This document shows positions 56,904-64,000 of a DNA stretch of 64,000 bases, one piece after another. Both the position numbers and the translations under genes were made by a program. The DNA lies in assembly GCA_963734535.1 (NCBI GenBank), contig CAVTHS010000008.1, positions 160,001-224,000 of the forward strand, read 5' to 3'. The notes beneath the pieces are model-generated. The model saw nothing but the letters and a program-made list of their open reading frames with translations. It was not told the origin of the DNA and ran no database searches. Origin of the DNA: an uncultured Chloroflexia bacterium (GTDB taxonomy: Bacteria > Chloroflexota > Limnocylindria > Limnocylindrales > CSP1-4). How positions within the stretch are numbered: the stretch's first letter is position 1; each line of letters begins with the position of its first letter.

Positions 56904-57214
56904 GCGCGGCGGAGGGCCGCGGCCGGTCGCGGATCACCGGGCCGGAGCGCCGCGCCGAGGGCCGCCAGCCGCTCGCTTGCCACGGGCTCCAGCGCGTACC
57001 AGATCCACGTCCCGCGCCGCTCCGCGCGAACGACGCCCGCCTCGCGCAGGACGCGCAGGTGGTGCGAGATCGTGGGCTGGGCGAGGCCGGCCGCGGGGGC
57101 GACGTCGCAGGCGCAGGCAGCGCCGTCCGCCGCGAGCTGCCGCACGATCGCCAGCCGAGCAGGATCGGCGAGGGCTGCCAGGAGCCGGACGTCAGGATCA
57201 TCGAGGCGTGCCAC
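56900..57214 (-). CDS. arsR: ArsR/SmtB metalloregulator
   Basis: ALADPARL, alpha3 CAC metal site (ACACDV), QPTISHHL; leaderless (TAGAAT 6 nt upstream). Confidence 0.92.
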   Translation of the reverse strand: MARLDDPDVRLLAALADPARLAIVRQLAADGAACACDVAPAAGLAQPTISHHLRVLREAGVVRAERRGTWIWYALEPVASERLAALGAALRPGDPRPAAALRRA

Positions 57215-57220
57215 GCCCGC

Positions 57221-57271
57221 ATTCTATCGACGAGCTTCTATATTGACAACACTCGATATATCGTCTACCGT
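57221..57271. promoter_or_regulatory. Divergent ars promoters and probable ArsR operator
   Basis: TTGACA (57243)-17 bp-TACCGT (57266) on +; TAGAAT on -; tandem imperfect palindromes TATCGAC-N-TCTATA and TATTGAC-N-TCGATA; locally AT-rich. Confidence 0.75.
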
Positions 57272-57313
57272 CGGCGCATCGACCACCCACCCGCAGCCCG
57301 AGGCCTCACCCCG

Positions 57314-57511
57314 ATGGACCGCTCCGCAGAGCTCCTCCTCGACGTCATCCGGAACGAGCGCGCGCTCGCCGACACGCCGGCATCCCAGGAGCGCCGGCGC
57401 CTGGCCCGACTCGCCGCCGAGATCGCGCGGTGCTGCCGCGTCTCCCTCGCCGGACACCTCGTCGCCGCGCTCCGCCGGCCCACGATCCGGATCGCGTCGG
57501 TCGTCCGGTGA
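57314..57511 (+). CDS. Small hypothetical protein with a Cys-Cys pair, first gene of the arsM operon
   Basis: 65 aa MDRSAELLLDVIRNER...ARCCRVS...; GAGG upstream; GTGA overlap with arsM. Confidence 0.6.
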   Translation: MDRSAELLLDVIRNERALADTPASQERRRLARLAAEIARCCRVSLAGHLVAALRRPTIRIASVVR

Positions 57512-58392
57512 CCGACCAGCTTCGCGCCGACGTCCGCGACCACTACGCGCGTGCGGCGCTCACGGTCCTCGAGCGGCCCGGCTGCTGCGGCTCCGACGGT
57601 CCCGGCGACCCGGTCTTCGGGCCCGGCCTCTACACGCCGGACGAGCTTGGGCCGCTGCCGGCCGACGCGGTCGCGGCCAGCCTCGGCTGCGGCAATCCGA
57701 CCGCCGTCGCGGACCTCCGACCCGGCGAGACCGTCCTCGACCTGGGGTCGGGCGGCGGCATCGACGTCCTGCTCGCGGCGCGGCGCGTGGCCCCGGGCGG
57801 AATCGCCTACGGCCTGGACATGACCGACGAGATGCTGCAGCTCGCACGCCGCAACGCGGCCGGTGCCGGCGTCGAGAATGCCATCTTCCTCAAGGGCGAG
57901 ATCGAGACGATCCCGCTCTCCGACGCGTCGGTCGATGTCGTCATCAGCAACTGCGTGATCAACCTCTCCACGGAGAAGCCCCGCGTCTTCTCGGAGATCG
58001 CACGCGTCCTCCGGCCCGGCGGACGCGTCGGGGTGAGCGACGTCGTCGCGGACGACGACCTCTCGCCGGCCGATCGGGCCGAGCGAGGCGACTTCGCGGG
58101 CTGCATCGCCGGGGCGCTGTCGTTCGGCGAGTACGCCGCCGGCCTCGCCGAGGCCGGGCTGACCGGGATCCGCCTGACCCCGACGCATGCGGTCGGCGAC
58201 GGGCTCTACGGGGCGATCGTCGCTGCCGTCCGGCCAGCCGGCGGACCTGGTGCCGGCCCGCACGAAGCGGCCGCGGCTGCCAGCGCGGGGCTGCTCGCGG
58301 CACGCGCACTGCCGCCGGCCGGCCAGGTCATTCTCGGCGCTGGAGGGACCGCAGGGGCGTCGAGCTCCGACCCGGGATGCTGCTGCGGATGA
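57508..58392 (+). CDS. arsM: Arsenite S-adenosylmethionine methyltransferase
   Basis: VRDHY..CCG, SLGCGNP, LDLGSGGG.D, SNCVINL, GCIAGA; C-terminal CCCG. Confidence 0.92.
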   Translation: MTDQLRADVRDHYARAALTVLERPGCCGSDGPGDPVFGPGLYTPDELGPLPADAVAASLGCGNPTAVADLRPGETVLDLGSGGGIDVLLAARRVAPGGIAYGLDMTDEMLQLARRNAAGAGVENAIFLKGEIETIPLSDASVDVVISNCVINLSTEKPRVFSEIARVLRPGGRVGVSDVVADDDLSPADRAERGDFAGCIAGALSFGEYAAGLAEAGLTGIRLTPTHAVGDGLYGAIVAAVRPAGGPGAGPHEAAAAASAGLLAARALPPAGQVILGAGGTAGASSSDPGCCCG

Positions 58393-58575
58393 CGGCACCG
58401 TTCCCCGAGATTCGGATCGCGACCGCGGAGGGCCTCCCGAGGTCGAGCAGCTCCTCGCGTCGGCGACCCTGACTCTCGACGGGCTCGCCGCGTGCGCGCA
58501 GGGCGGGCAGCTCCTCGTCGCGCGGGCGCACGACGGCTTGGCATGGTCACCGCCATGGGCCAAAAGCAGCCGTGC
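58389..58575 (+). pseudogene. Frameshifted, truncated GNAT acetyltransferase (ArsN2-like remnant)
   Basis: ATGA overlap with arsM; MTAPFPEIRIATAEGL, then a 1-nt shift near 58438, then EVEQLLASATLTLDGL...LLVAR; cut short by the convergent kinase gene. Confidence 0.6.
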
Positions 58576-59790
58576 TCAGCCGCCCGGCGTCGCGGCCAGG
58601 TCCGGCCCCGCGAGCGGGACGGAAAACCCGAAGGTGGCGCCACTCCCCTCATCCGAGTCCACCCAGATCCTGCCGCCGTGCGCCTCGATGACGTGGCGGG
58701 CGATCGAGAGGCCGAGGCCGGTCCCGCCGACGCCGCGCGTGCGCGCCCGGTCGCCCTTGTAGAAGCGCTCGAAGACGCGTGTGAGGGCCGGGCGCGGGAT
58801 CCCCGGCCCGTGATCCTGCACGGTGACGACGACCCCCTGCTCCCCTGCGACCACACGGACCACGACCTCCGCGCCGGCCGGGCTGAACTTCACGGCGTTG
58901 TGCAGGATGTTGAGCAGCGCCTGGCCGAGCCGCTCGCCGTCGCCGCGCACGACCGGGATCGCCCCGTCCGCCTCCACCGCCATCCGGACGCCGTGGCGCT
59001 CCGCGAAGAGGCTCAGCCGCTCCACCGTCGCGTTCACGAGGCGCGGCAGGTCGACATCGTGAAGGAGGAGGGCTGCGCTGCCGCTCTCGATCTTCGAGAG
59101 GTCCAGGAGCTCGTTCACCATCTGGACAAGGTGGCCCGTCTCGACCTCGATCTTCGCGATCCGGTCCGCGGTCCGGGGCGGGAGCTGGTCCGCCTCCAGC
59201 GCGAGCGTCTCCGCCAGGAGGCTGACCGTGGTGAGCGGCGTCCGCAGCTCGTGGGCAAGGTTGTCGATGAACTCGGTCCGGATTCGCTGGAGTCGGCGCA
59301 GCTCCGTCACGTCCTCGAGAACCAGCCACGCATCGCCCGCCGGCATGCGGCGCGCGCGGACCAGGAGCGTCGGGGCCTCGGCCGTGCGGATCGTCAGCTC
59401 GCCGGCAGCGGCCCCGGTCTGGAGGGCGGTCCGCACGATCTCCTCGAGCCTGTGGTCGGTGGAAACCTCCATCACGCTGCGACCCGGCAGGCTGGCTGCA
59501 CGTCGCGAGAGAATCCGGGCCGCGGCCTCGTTCGCCGAGATCACCGTCAGGTCGGCAGTGACGCGGATCACGCCGATCCCGACCAGGTCGACGAGCACGC
59601 CCGCGTCGCGCGTCGACGCCGCCGCGCGCTCCTCGGCCTCGGCAACCCGAGCGGCCGCCCGTGGCGCGTCCGGGCCGGCCGGCGTCCTGGCAGTGACGGC
59701 CCCGGACGCGCCTCGGCGCTGAAGCCCGACGGCAAGGACGAGCGCGGCGACGCCCAGCGCGGCGACCGCGGCGAAGGCGAGGGGGTCCAC
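58576..59790 (-). CDS. PhoR/SenX3-like sensor histidine kinase (TM, PAS, HisKA, HATPase)
   Basis: AHELRTPLT, NILHNAVKF, DHGPGI, FERFYKGD.AR, GGTGLGL; phosphate locus context. Confidence 0.9.
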   Translation of the reverse strand: MDPLAFAAVAALGVAALVLAVGLQRRGASGAVTARTPAGPDAPRAAARVAEAEERAAASTRDAGVLVDLVGIGVIRVTADLTVISANEAAARILSRRAASLPGRSVMEVSTDHRLEEIVRTALQTGAAAGELTIRTAEAPTLLVRARRMPAGDAWLVLEDVTELRRLQRIRTEFIDNLAHELRTPLTTVSLLAETLALEADQLPPRTADRIAKIEVETGHLVQMVNELLDLSKIESGSAALLLHDVDLPRLVNATVERLSLFAERHGVRMAVEADGAIPVVRGDGERLGQALLNILHNAVKFSPAGAEVVVRVVAGEQGVVVTVQDHGPGIPRPALTRVFERFYKGDRARTRGVGGTGLGLSIARHVIEAHGGRIWVDSDEGSGATFGFSVPLAGPDLAATPGG

Positions 59791-59809
59791 GGCGGCGCTC
59801 GCGGCAGGC

Positions 59810-61501
59810 TCAGCCGCGGAGGCGCGCCTCCACGTCGGCAAGCGGCTCGATCGCGCGCTCGCCGGTCGCCCGGACGGTCACCTCGATGCCGCCCGCGGCG
59901 AGCGAGCGCGGGCTGACCGTCATGATGACGGGCATCCCCAGGAGCTCGGCGTCCGTGAACTTCACACCGGGAGACTCGTCGCGGTCGTCCCACAGGATCT
60001 CGTGCCCGGCGCCGAGGGCCAGCTCGTGCAGCCGCCCGGCCACCTCCGCGATGTGCGGGTCCTTCGCGGCGCCCAGCGACACCAGGTGCGCGGCGTACGG
60101 CGCCACCTCCGCCGGCCAGGCGATCCCCTTCGCGTCGTGATGCGCCTCGACGACACAGGCGAGGGCGCGTCCGACGCCGATCCCGTAGCTGCCCATCACG
60201 ATCGGGTGGCGGCCCCCGTCCTCGCCCAGGTACTCGGCGCCGAGCGCGGTCGTGTATTTCGTGCCGAGCTTGAAGATGTTCCCGACCTCGATTCCGTTCC
60301 GCAGGATCACCGGCGCACCGCAGGTGGGGCAGCCATCGCCCTCGCGGGCGCTCGAGAGATCCGCGACGAGGTCCGGCGCGTAGTCGCGCGGGACGTTCAC
60401 GTTGCGCAGGTGGAACCCGTGCCGGTTCGCCCCGGCGACGAGGTTCGACGACCGTGCAACCAGGGTGTCGACCACCACGAACGTGTCGCGCGCGCCGATC
60501 GGCGATGCGTAGCCGGGCACCATCCCGGCAGCCTCGATCTCCTCCGCCCGGGCGGGCCGGAGGTCGGCGGCCATTGCGACGTTAGCGAGCTTCGTCTCGT
60601 TGACGTCCATGTCGCCGCGAACGATCGCCGTGATCAGGCGGGCGTCGCGGTCCACGAAGAACGTCGCCTTCGCGGTCTCCTCCGGGCTCACCTCGAGGAA
60701 CGCGGCCAGGTCGGCGATCGTCGCCGCGCCCGGCGTCGCGACCTCCTCGAGCGGGAGCGCCGGCTCGGACGGCGGCTCGGAGACGCGCACCGTCGCGACC
60801 TGGCGGTTGGCCGAGAAGCCGCACGTCTCGCACAGGACCAGGACATCCTCGCCATACGGGTTGAGGACCATGAACTCGTGGGCCTGCGATCCGCCCATCA
60901 TGCCGACGTCGGACGCGACCGCGATGGCGTGGAGTCCCAGGCGCTCGAAGATGCGCGTGTAGGCCTCGTAATGCCGCTCGTAGCTGACGTCGAGCCCGGC
61001 GAGGTCCAGGTCGCAGCTGTACGAGTCCTTCATCACGAACTCGCGGACACGGATCAGGCCGCCGCGCGCACGGGGCTCGTCGCGCCACTTCGTCTGGAAG
61101 TGGTAGACCATCATCGGGAGCTGGCGATAGGACTTCACGATGTCACGCAGGAGATCTGCCACGACCTCCTCGTGGGTCATCGCGAGGACCATGTCGCGGC
61201 CGGCGCGATCCTTGAAGCGCGCCATCTCCGGCCCGATCGCGTCGTATCTGCCGGTCTCGCGCCACAGCTCCGCCGGGTGCACCACCGGCATCTCCATCTC
61301 CTGGCAGCCGATCCGGTCCATCTCCTCGCGGATCACCTGCTCCACGCGCTTGGCGACCCGGAATCCGAGGGGCAGCAGCGAGTAGATCCCCGAGCCCAGC
61401 TGCCGGACGTAGCCGGCCCGGACCAGCAGGCGATGCGATGGCATCTCCGCATCGTTGGGGTCGTCGCGGAGCGTGGCGAAGAACAGCTGGCTGAGGCGCA
61501 T
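59810..61501 (-). CDS. proS: Proline--tRNA ligase (bacterial type with editing domain)
   Basis: MRLSQLF, MTHEE, RDEPRARGGLIRVREFVMKD, EVGNIFKLG, MGSYGIG; TATGCT 6 nt upstream. Confidence 0.96.
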   Translation of the reverse strand: MRLSQLFFATLRDDPNDAEMPSHRLLVRAGYVRQLGSGIYSLLPLGFRVAKRVEQVIREEMDRIGCQEMEMPVVHPAELWRETGRYDAIGPEMARFKDRAGRDMVLAMTHEEVVADLLRDIVKSYRQLPMMVYHFQTKWRDEPRARGGLIRVREFVMKDSYSCDLDLAGLDVSYERHYEAYTRIFERLGLHAIAVASDVGMMGGSQAHEFMVLNPYGEDVLVLCETCGFSANRQVATVRVSEPPSEPALPLEEVATPGAATIADLAAFLEVSPEETAKATFFVDRDARLITAIVRGDMDVNETKLANVAMAADLRPARAEEIEAAGMVPGYASPIGARDTFVVVDTLVARSSNLVAGANRHGFHLRNVNVPRDYAPDLVADLSSAREGDGCPTCGAPVILRNGIEVGNIFKLGTKYTTALGAEYLGEDGGRHPIVMGSYGIGVGRALACVVEAHHDAKGIAWPAEVAPYAAHLVSLGAAKDPHIAEVAGRLHELALGAGHEILWDDRDESPGVKFTDAELLGMPVIMTVSPRSLAAGGIEVTVRATGERAIEPLADVEARLRG

Positions 61502-61550
61502 GGACCAAGCATAGCGGCCGGAGGGCGGGCAGAGCCTCGACCCGAAACGT

Positions 61551-61949
61551 TCAGCCCGGCTCCGCCGGCAGCCAGCTCGTCCAGGCGGCGATGAGCCGGG
61601 GCCGCCGCGGGTCCAGCTCGAGCCAGCGCACCGCGTAGGCGAGATCGAGCGGCGCGGCGGCTGCCCCGCGCAGGGCCATCCGAAGCCCGGCTTCCCTGCT
61701 GAACGACGCCGCGAGCGTCCCGCGCAGCTCGATCGGTCCAAGCTGGGCCCGGATCTCGTCGACCTCCCGGCCGAAGCCCGGCACACGCCAGGGCGGCGGG
61801 ACGGTCCCCGTCTCGACGGCCCGCAGGAGCTCGGCCGCGCGCAGGGAGAGCAGGGACGCCAGCGGTTCGTCTGCGACAGGGGCAGCCCGGTGAAGACGAA
61901 GGAGGCGACGGCGGGAACGCTCCAGGCCCGGGAATGGCTCGACGATCAC
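61551..61949 (-). CDS. Hypothetical protein
   Basis: 132-aa ORF filling the gap between proS and pit, with plausible codon use; no family recognised. Confidence 0.55.
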   Translation of the reverse strand: MIVEPFPGLERSRRRLLRLHRAAPVADEPLASLLSLRAAELLRAVETGTVPPPWRVPGFGREVDEIRAQLGPIELRGTLAASFSREAGLRMALRGAAAAPLDLAYAVRWLELDPRRPRLIAAWTSWLPAEPG

Positions 61950-61972
61950 GTGCTGGATCGTCGATCGCGCCC

Positions 61973-62022
61973 GTGAATGCCGTGTGGTCGACGGGTTAAC
62001 GTGCTGTTGCGCCGCTGTCGAA
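61973..62022. promoter_or_regulatory. Candidate bidirectional PHO-box array
   Basis: Central GTTAAC (61995-62000); 11-bp-period units GTTAAC/GTTGCG/GTCGAA on + and GTTAAC/GACCAC/ATTCAC on -. Confidence 0.5.
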
Positions 62023-62112
62023 CCGCACGGGCTCGTGCGCGCGATACTTGCCGGCGATGCCCGCCAGACGCACGAAAGCCGATCGTAACCATTCCCTTAC
62101 GGAGTGCGGCTG

Positions 62113-63105
62113 GTGACCGCCACGCTTGTCGTGGTCCTCCTGCTGGCGGTCGCCTTCGACTACATCAACGGCTTCCACGACACGGCAAACGCCATCGCCA
62201 CGTCGGTGGCAACGCGGGCGCTGCGACCACAGCACGCGATCCTCATGGCGGCGGCATTCAACTTCATCGGCGCGTTTGCCGGGACCGCGGTTGCGAAGAC
62301 GATCGGCGCGGGTCTCGTGAACGAGGCGACGACGTCGCAGACGATCGTCGTCGCTGCCCTTCTCGGCGCGATCGCCTGGAACCTGCTGACGTGGCGCCTG
62401 GGCATCCCCAGCTCCAGCAGCCACGCCCTCATCGGATCGCTGCTGGGCGCCACGATCCTGGCCGCGGGCACGGGCGCCGTGAAGTGGAGCGGCCTGGTGG
62501 ACAAGGTGCTGCTCCCGCTCGTCACGTCGCCGGTCCTCGGCTTCATCATCGCCTTCTTCCTCATGATCGCGCTCTACTGGATCTTCCGGCGAGCAAGCCG
62601 GCGCCCGATGACGCGGGGCTTCCGGCGGCTCCAGGTCCTGTCTGCCGGCTACATGGCCTTCAGCCACGGCTCCAACGACGCGCAGAAGACGATGGGGATC
62701 GTCACGCTCGCGCTCTTCTCGGCGGGCGTCATCCCCACGGTCGACGTCCCGGTCTGGGTGATCGTCGGGGCCGCCAGCGCGATCTCGCTGGGCACTGCCG
62801 TCGGGGGCTGGCGGATCATGCGGACGATGGGCCGCCGGGTGGTGGAGCTGGAGCCGATCCACGGCTTCGCCGCCGAGACCACGGCCGCGACGGTCCTGCT
62901 CGCGACGGCCCACTTCGGGATGCCCGTCTCCACCACGCACGTCATCTCGAGCGCGATCATGGGTGTCGGCTCGAGCAAGGGACCGCGCGGCGTCCGCTGG
63001 GGCGTGGCGCGCACCATCGTCATTGCCTGGGTCGTGACGCTCCCGGCCACCGCCCTTGCGGGCGCGCTGGCGTGGGCCGTCCTTTCGACCGCCGGCGTCC
63101 GGTAA
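62113..63105 (+). CDS. pit: Inorganic phosphate transporter, PiT family
   Basis: NGFHDTANAIAT, GIPSSSSHA, HGSNDAQK, PVSTTH; alternative GTG at 62104. Confidence 0.94.
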   Translation: MTATLVVVLLLAVAFDYINGFHDTANAIATSVATRALRPQHAILMAAAFNFIGAFAGTAVAKTIGAGLVNEATTSQTIVVAALLGAIAWNLLTWRLGIPSSSSHALIGSLLGATILAAGTGAVKWSGLVDKVLLPLVTSPVLGFIIAFFLMIALYWIFRRASRRPMTRGFRRLQVLSAGYMAFSHGSNDAQKTMGIVTLALFSAGVIPTVDVPVWVIVGAASAISLGTAVGGWRIMRTMGRRVVELEPIHGFAAETTAATVLLATAHFGMPVSTTHVISSAIMGVGSSKGPRGVRWGVARTIVIAWVVTLPATALAGALAWAVLSTAGVR

Positions 63106-63127
63106 CGGGCTGCAAGGGAGCTGCCAC

Positions 63128-63742
63128 ATGGTCCGCCTCATCCCCCGCGACGAAGCATTCACCGAGATCTTCATCCGCGACGGCGAGAACCTCCTCGCCG
63201 CGGCGCGGGCGCTCGAGGAGCTCGTCGTCACGTTCGACCGGCTCGACGAGCGGGTGGCCGCGATCCAGGCGCTCGAGCACGAGGGCGACCAGATCGACGC
63301 GGAGATCGCCGTCCGGCTCGAACGCGCCTTCATCACGCCCTTCGACCGCGAGGACATCCACGAGCTGACCAGCCGGCTTGACGACGTGGTGGACGGGATC
63401 CAGGAGGTCGCGGAGACCTTCGTGATCTACGGGATCGAGAAGCCCACGCCCGAGGCCCGCCAGCTCGCGGGGATCATCGCGGGCCAGGGCGCCGAGCTCC
63501 TCGCGGCGCTCCGCCTGCTCGACAAGCCCGAGACGATGCAGGCGCACCTCCGGTCGGTGCACACGCTGGAGAACGAGGCCGACGGGCTCTCGCGGGCGGC
63601 GATCGGCCGGCTCTTCCGCGAGCGGATGGACCCGCTCGACGTGATCCGGTTCCGCGACCTCTACATCGCGCTGGAGGAGACGATCGACGCGGCCGAGGAC
63701 GCCGCCGAGATCCTGGAGCGGATCGCCGCCAAGGGCGTCTGA
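63128..63742 (+). CDS. DUF47 (PhoU-like Pit accessory) protein
   Basis: LEHEGD, FITPFDREDI, LDDVVD, LENEAD, LEETID. Confidence 0.92.
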   Translation: MVRLIPRDEAFTEIFIRDGENLLAAARALEELVVTFDRLDERVAAIQALEHEGDQIDAEIAVRLERAFITPFDREDIHELTSRLDDVVDGIQEVAETFVIYGIEKPTPEARQLAGIIAGQGAELLAALRLLDKPETMQAHLRSVHTLENEADGLSRAAIGRLFRERMDPLDVIRFRDLYIALEETIDAAEDAAEILERIAAKGV

Positions 63743-63811
63743 GCGCCGGCACGGTCGTCGATCGGTGCGCCCGCATTCCGCGGACCCGGCGCGCTCCGTC
63801 GCCGTCGCCGC

Positions 63812-64000
63812 TCAGGCCGGCCGGCGGAACACGTAGCCGACGCCGCGCACGGTGTGGAGGTAGACCGGCGAGGCCAGGTCCGGCTCGATCGCGGCGCGCA
63901 GCCAGTGGATATGCACGTCCACGGTGCGGGTCTCGCCCGCGTAGTCGTAACCCCACACGTGCTCCAGGAGCTGCTCCCGGGTCAGCACCTGGCCCGGATG
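63812..64000 (-). CDS. PhoB/RegX3-like response regulator, 3' end (partial)
   Basis: Manual translation: [35 protein letters not shown]...[14 protein letters not shown]. Confidence 0.88.
   Translation of the reverse strand, partial: HPGQVLTREQLLEHVWGYDYAGETRTVDVHIHWLRAAIEPDLASPVYLHTVRGVGYVFRRPA

Noticed and set aside
1-64000. Mobile elements, prophage, defence systems, tRNA, rRNA or riboswitches
   Set aside because: No integrase, transposase, phage or nuclease motifs and no clear compositional island. I recognised no structured RNA family by eye; an Rfam/tRNAscan search would be needed to exclude small RNAs

Overview
Very GC-rich bacterial chromosomal DNA. The gene complement and leaderless promoter style suggest Chloroflexota (Limnocylindria-like) or another Terrabacteria lineage; this is inference. 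I see no rRNA, tRNA, CRISPR array, prophage or transposase. Left to right the window holds: (1) a ROK regulator divergent from an operon of Gfo/Idh/MocA oxidoreductase, membrane-anchored vanadium haloperoxidase-like protein, CRTAC1/ASPIC protein, M24-fold protein and DUF1684; (2) a DoxD-Rieske fusion and PfpI; (3) an F420 cluster (PPOX, two LLMs, cofD-cofC-cofE), trxB and an ABC exporter; (4) argC-J-B-R-G behind tandem ARG boxes, then a soluble GAF kinase, two response regulators (one atypical) and ldh; (5) add, argH (in-frame stop missing) and an MFS; (6) ABC, EamA, tag, GbsR, S9 peptidase and USP genes; (7) a ~19 kb phosphate/polyphosphate/arsenic locus with ppk1, CYTH-CHAD, ppx (no canonical start or nearby stop), a histone-H1/phasin-like protein, PHO boxes, pstSCAB-phoU-arsC-sixA, arsR, arsM, an arsN2 remnant, a PhoR-like kinase, proS, pit-DUF47 and a partial PhoB/RegX3-like regulator. 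The most notable signals are a candidate polyP-granule module with an H1-like protein, an arsC built into the Pst operon next to arsM with no efflux pump in the window, recurrent 'relay' mini-ORFs that overlap both flanking genes by NTGA, and an internal twin-arginine motif in the DoxD-Rieske fusion. All product calls come from motif recognition by eye, not from database searches.
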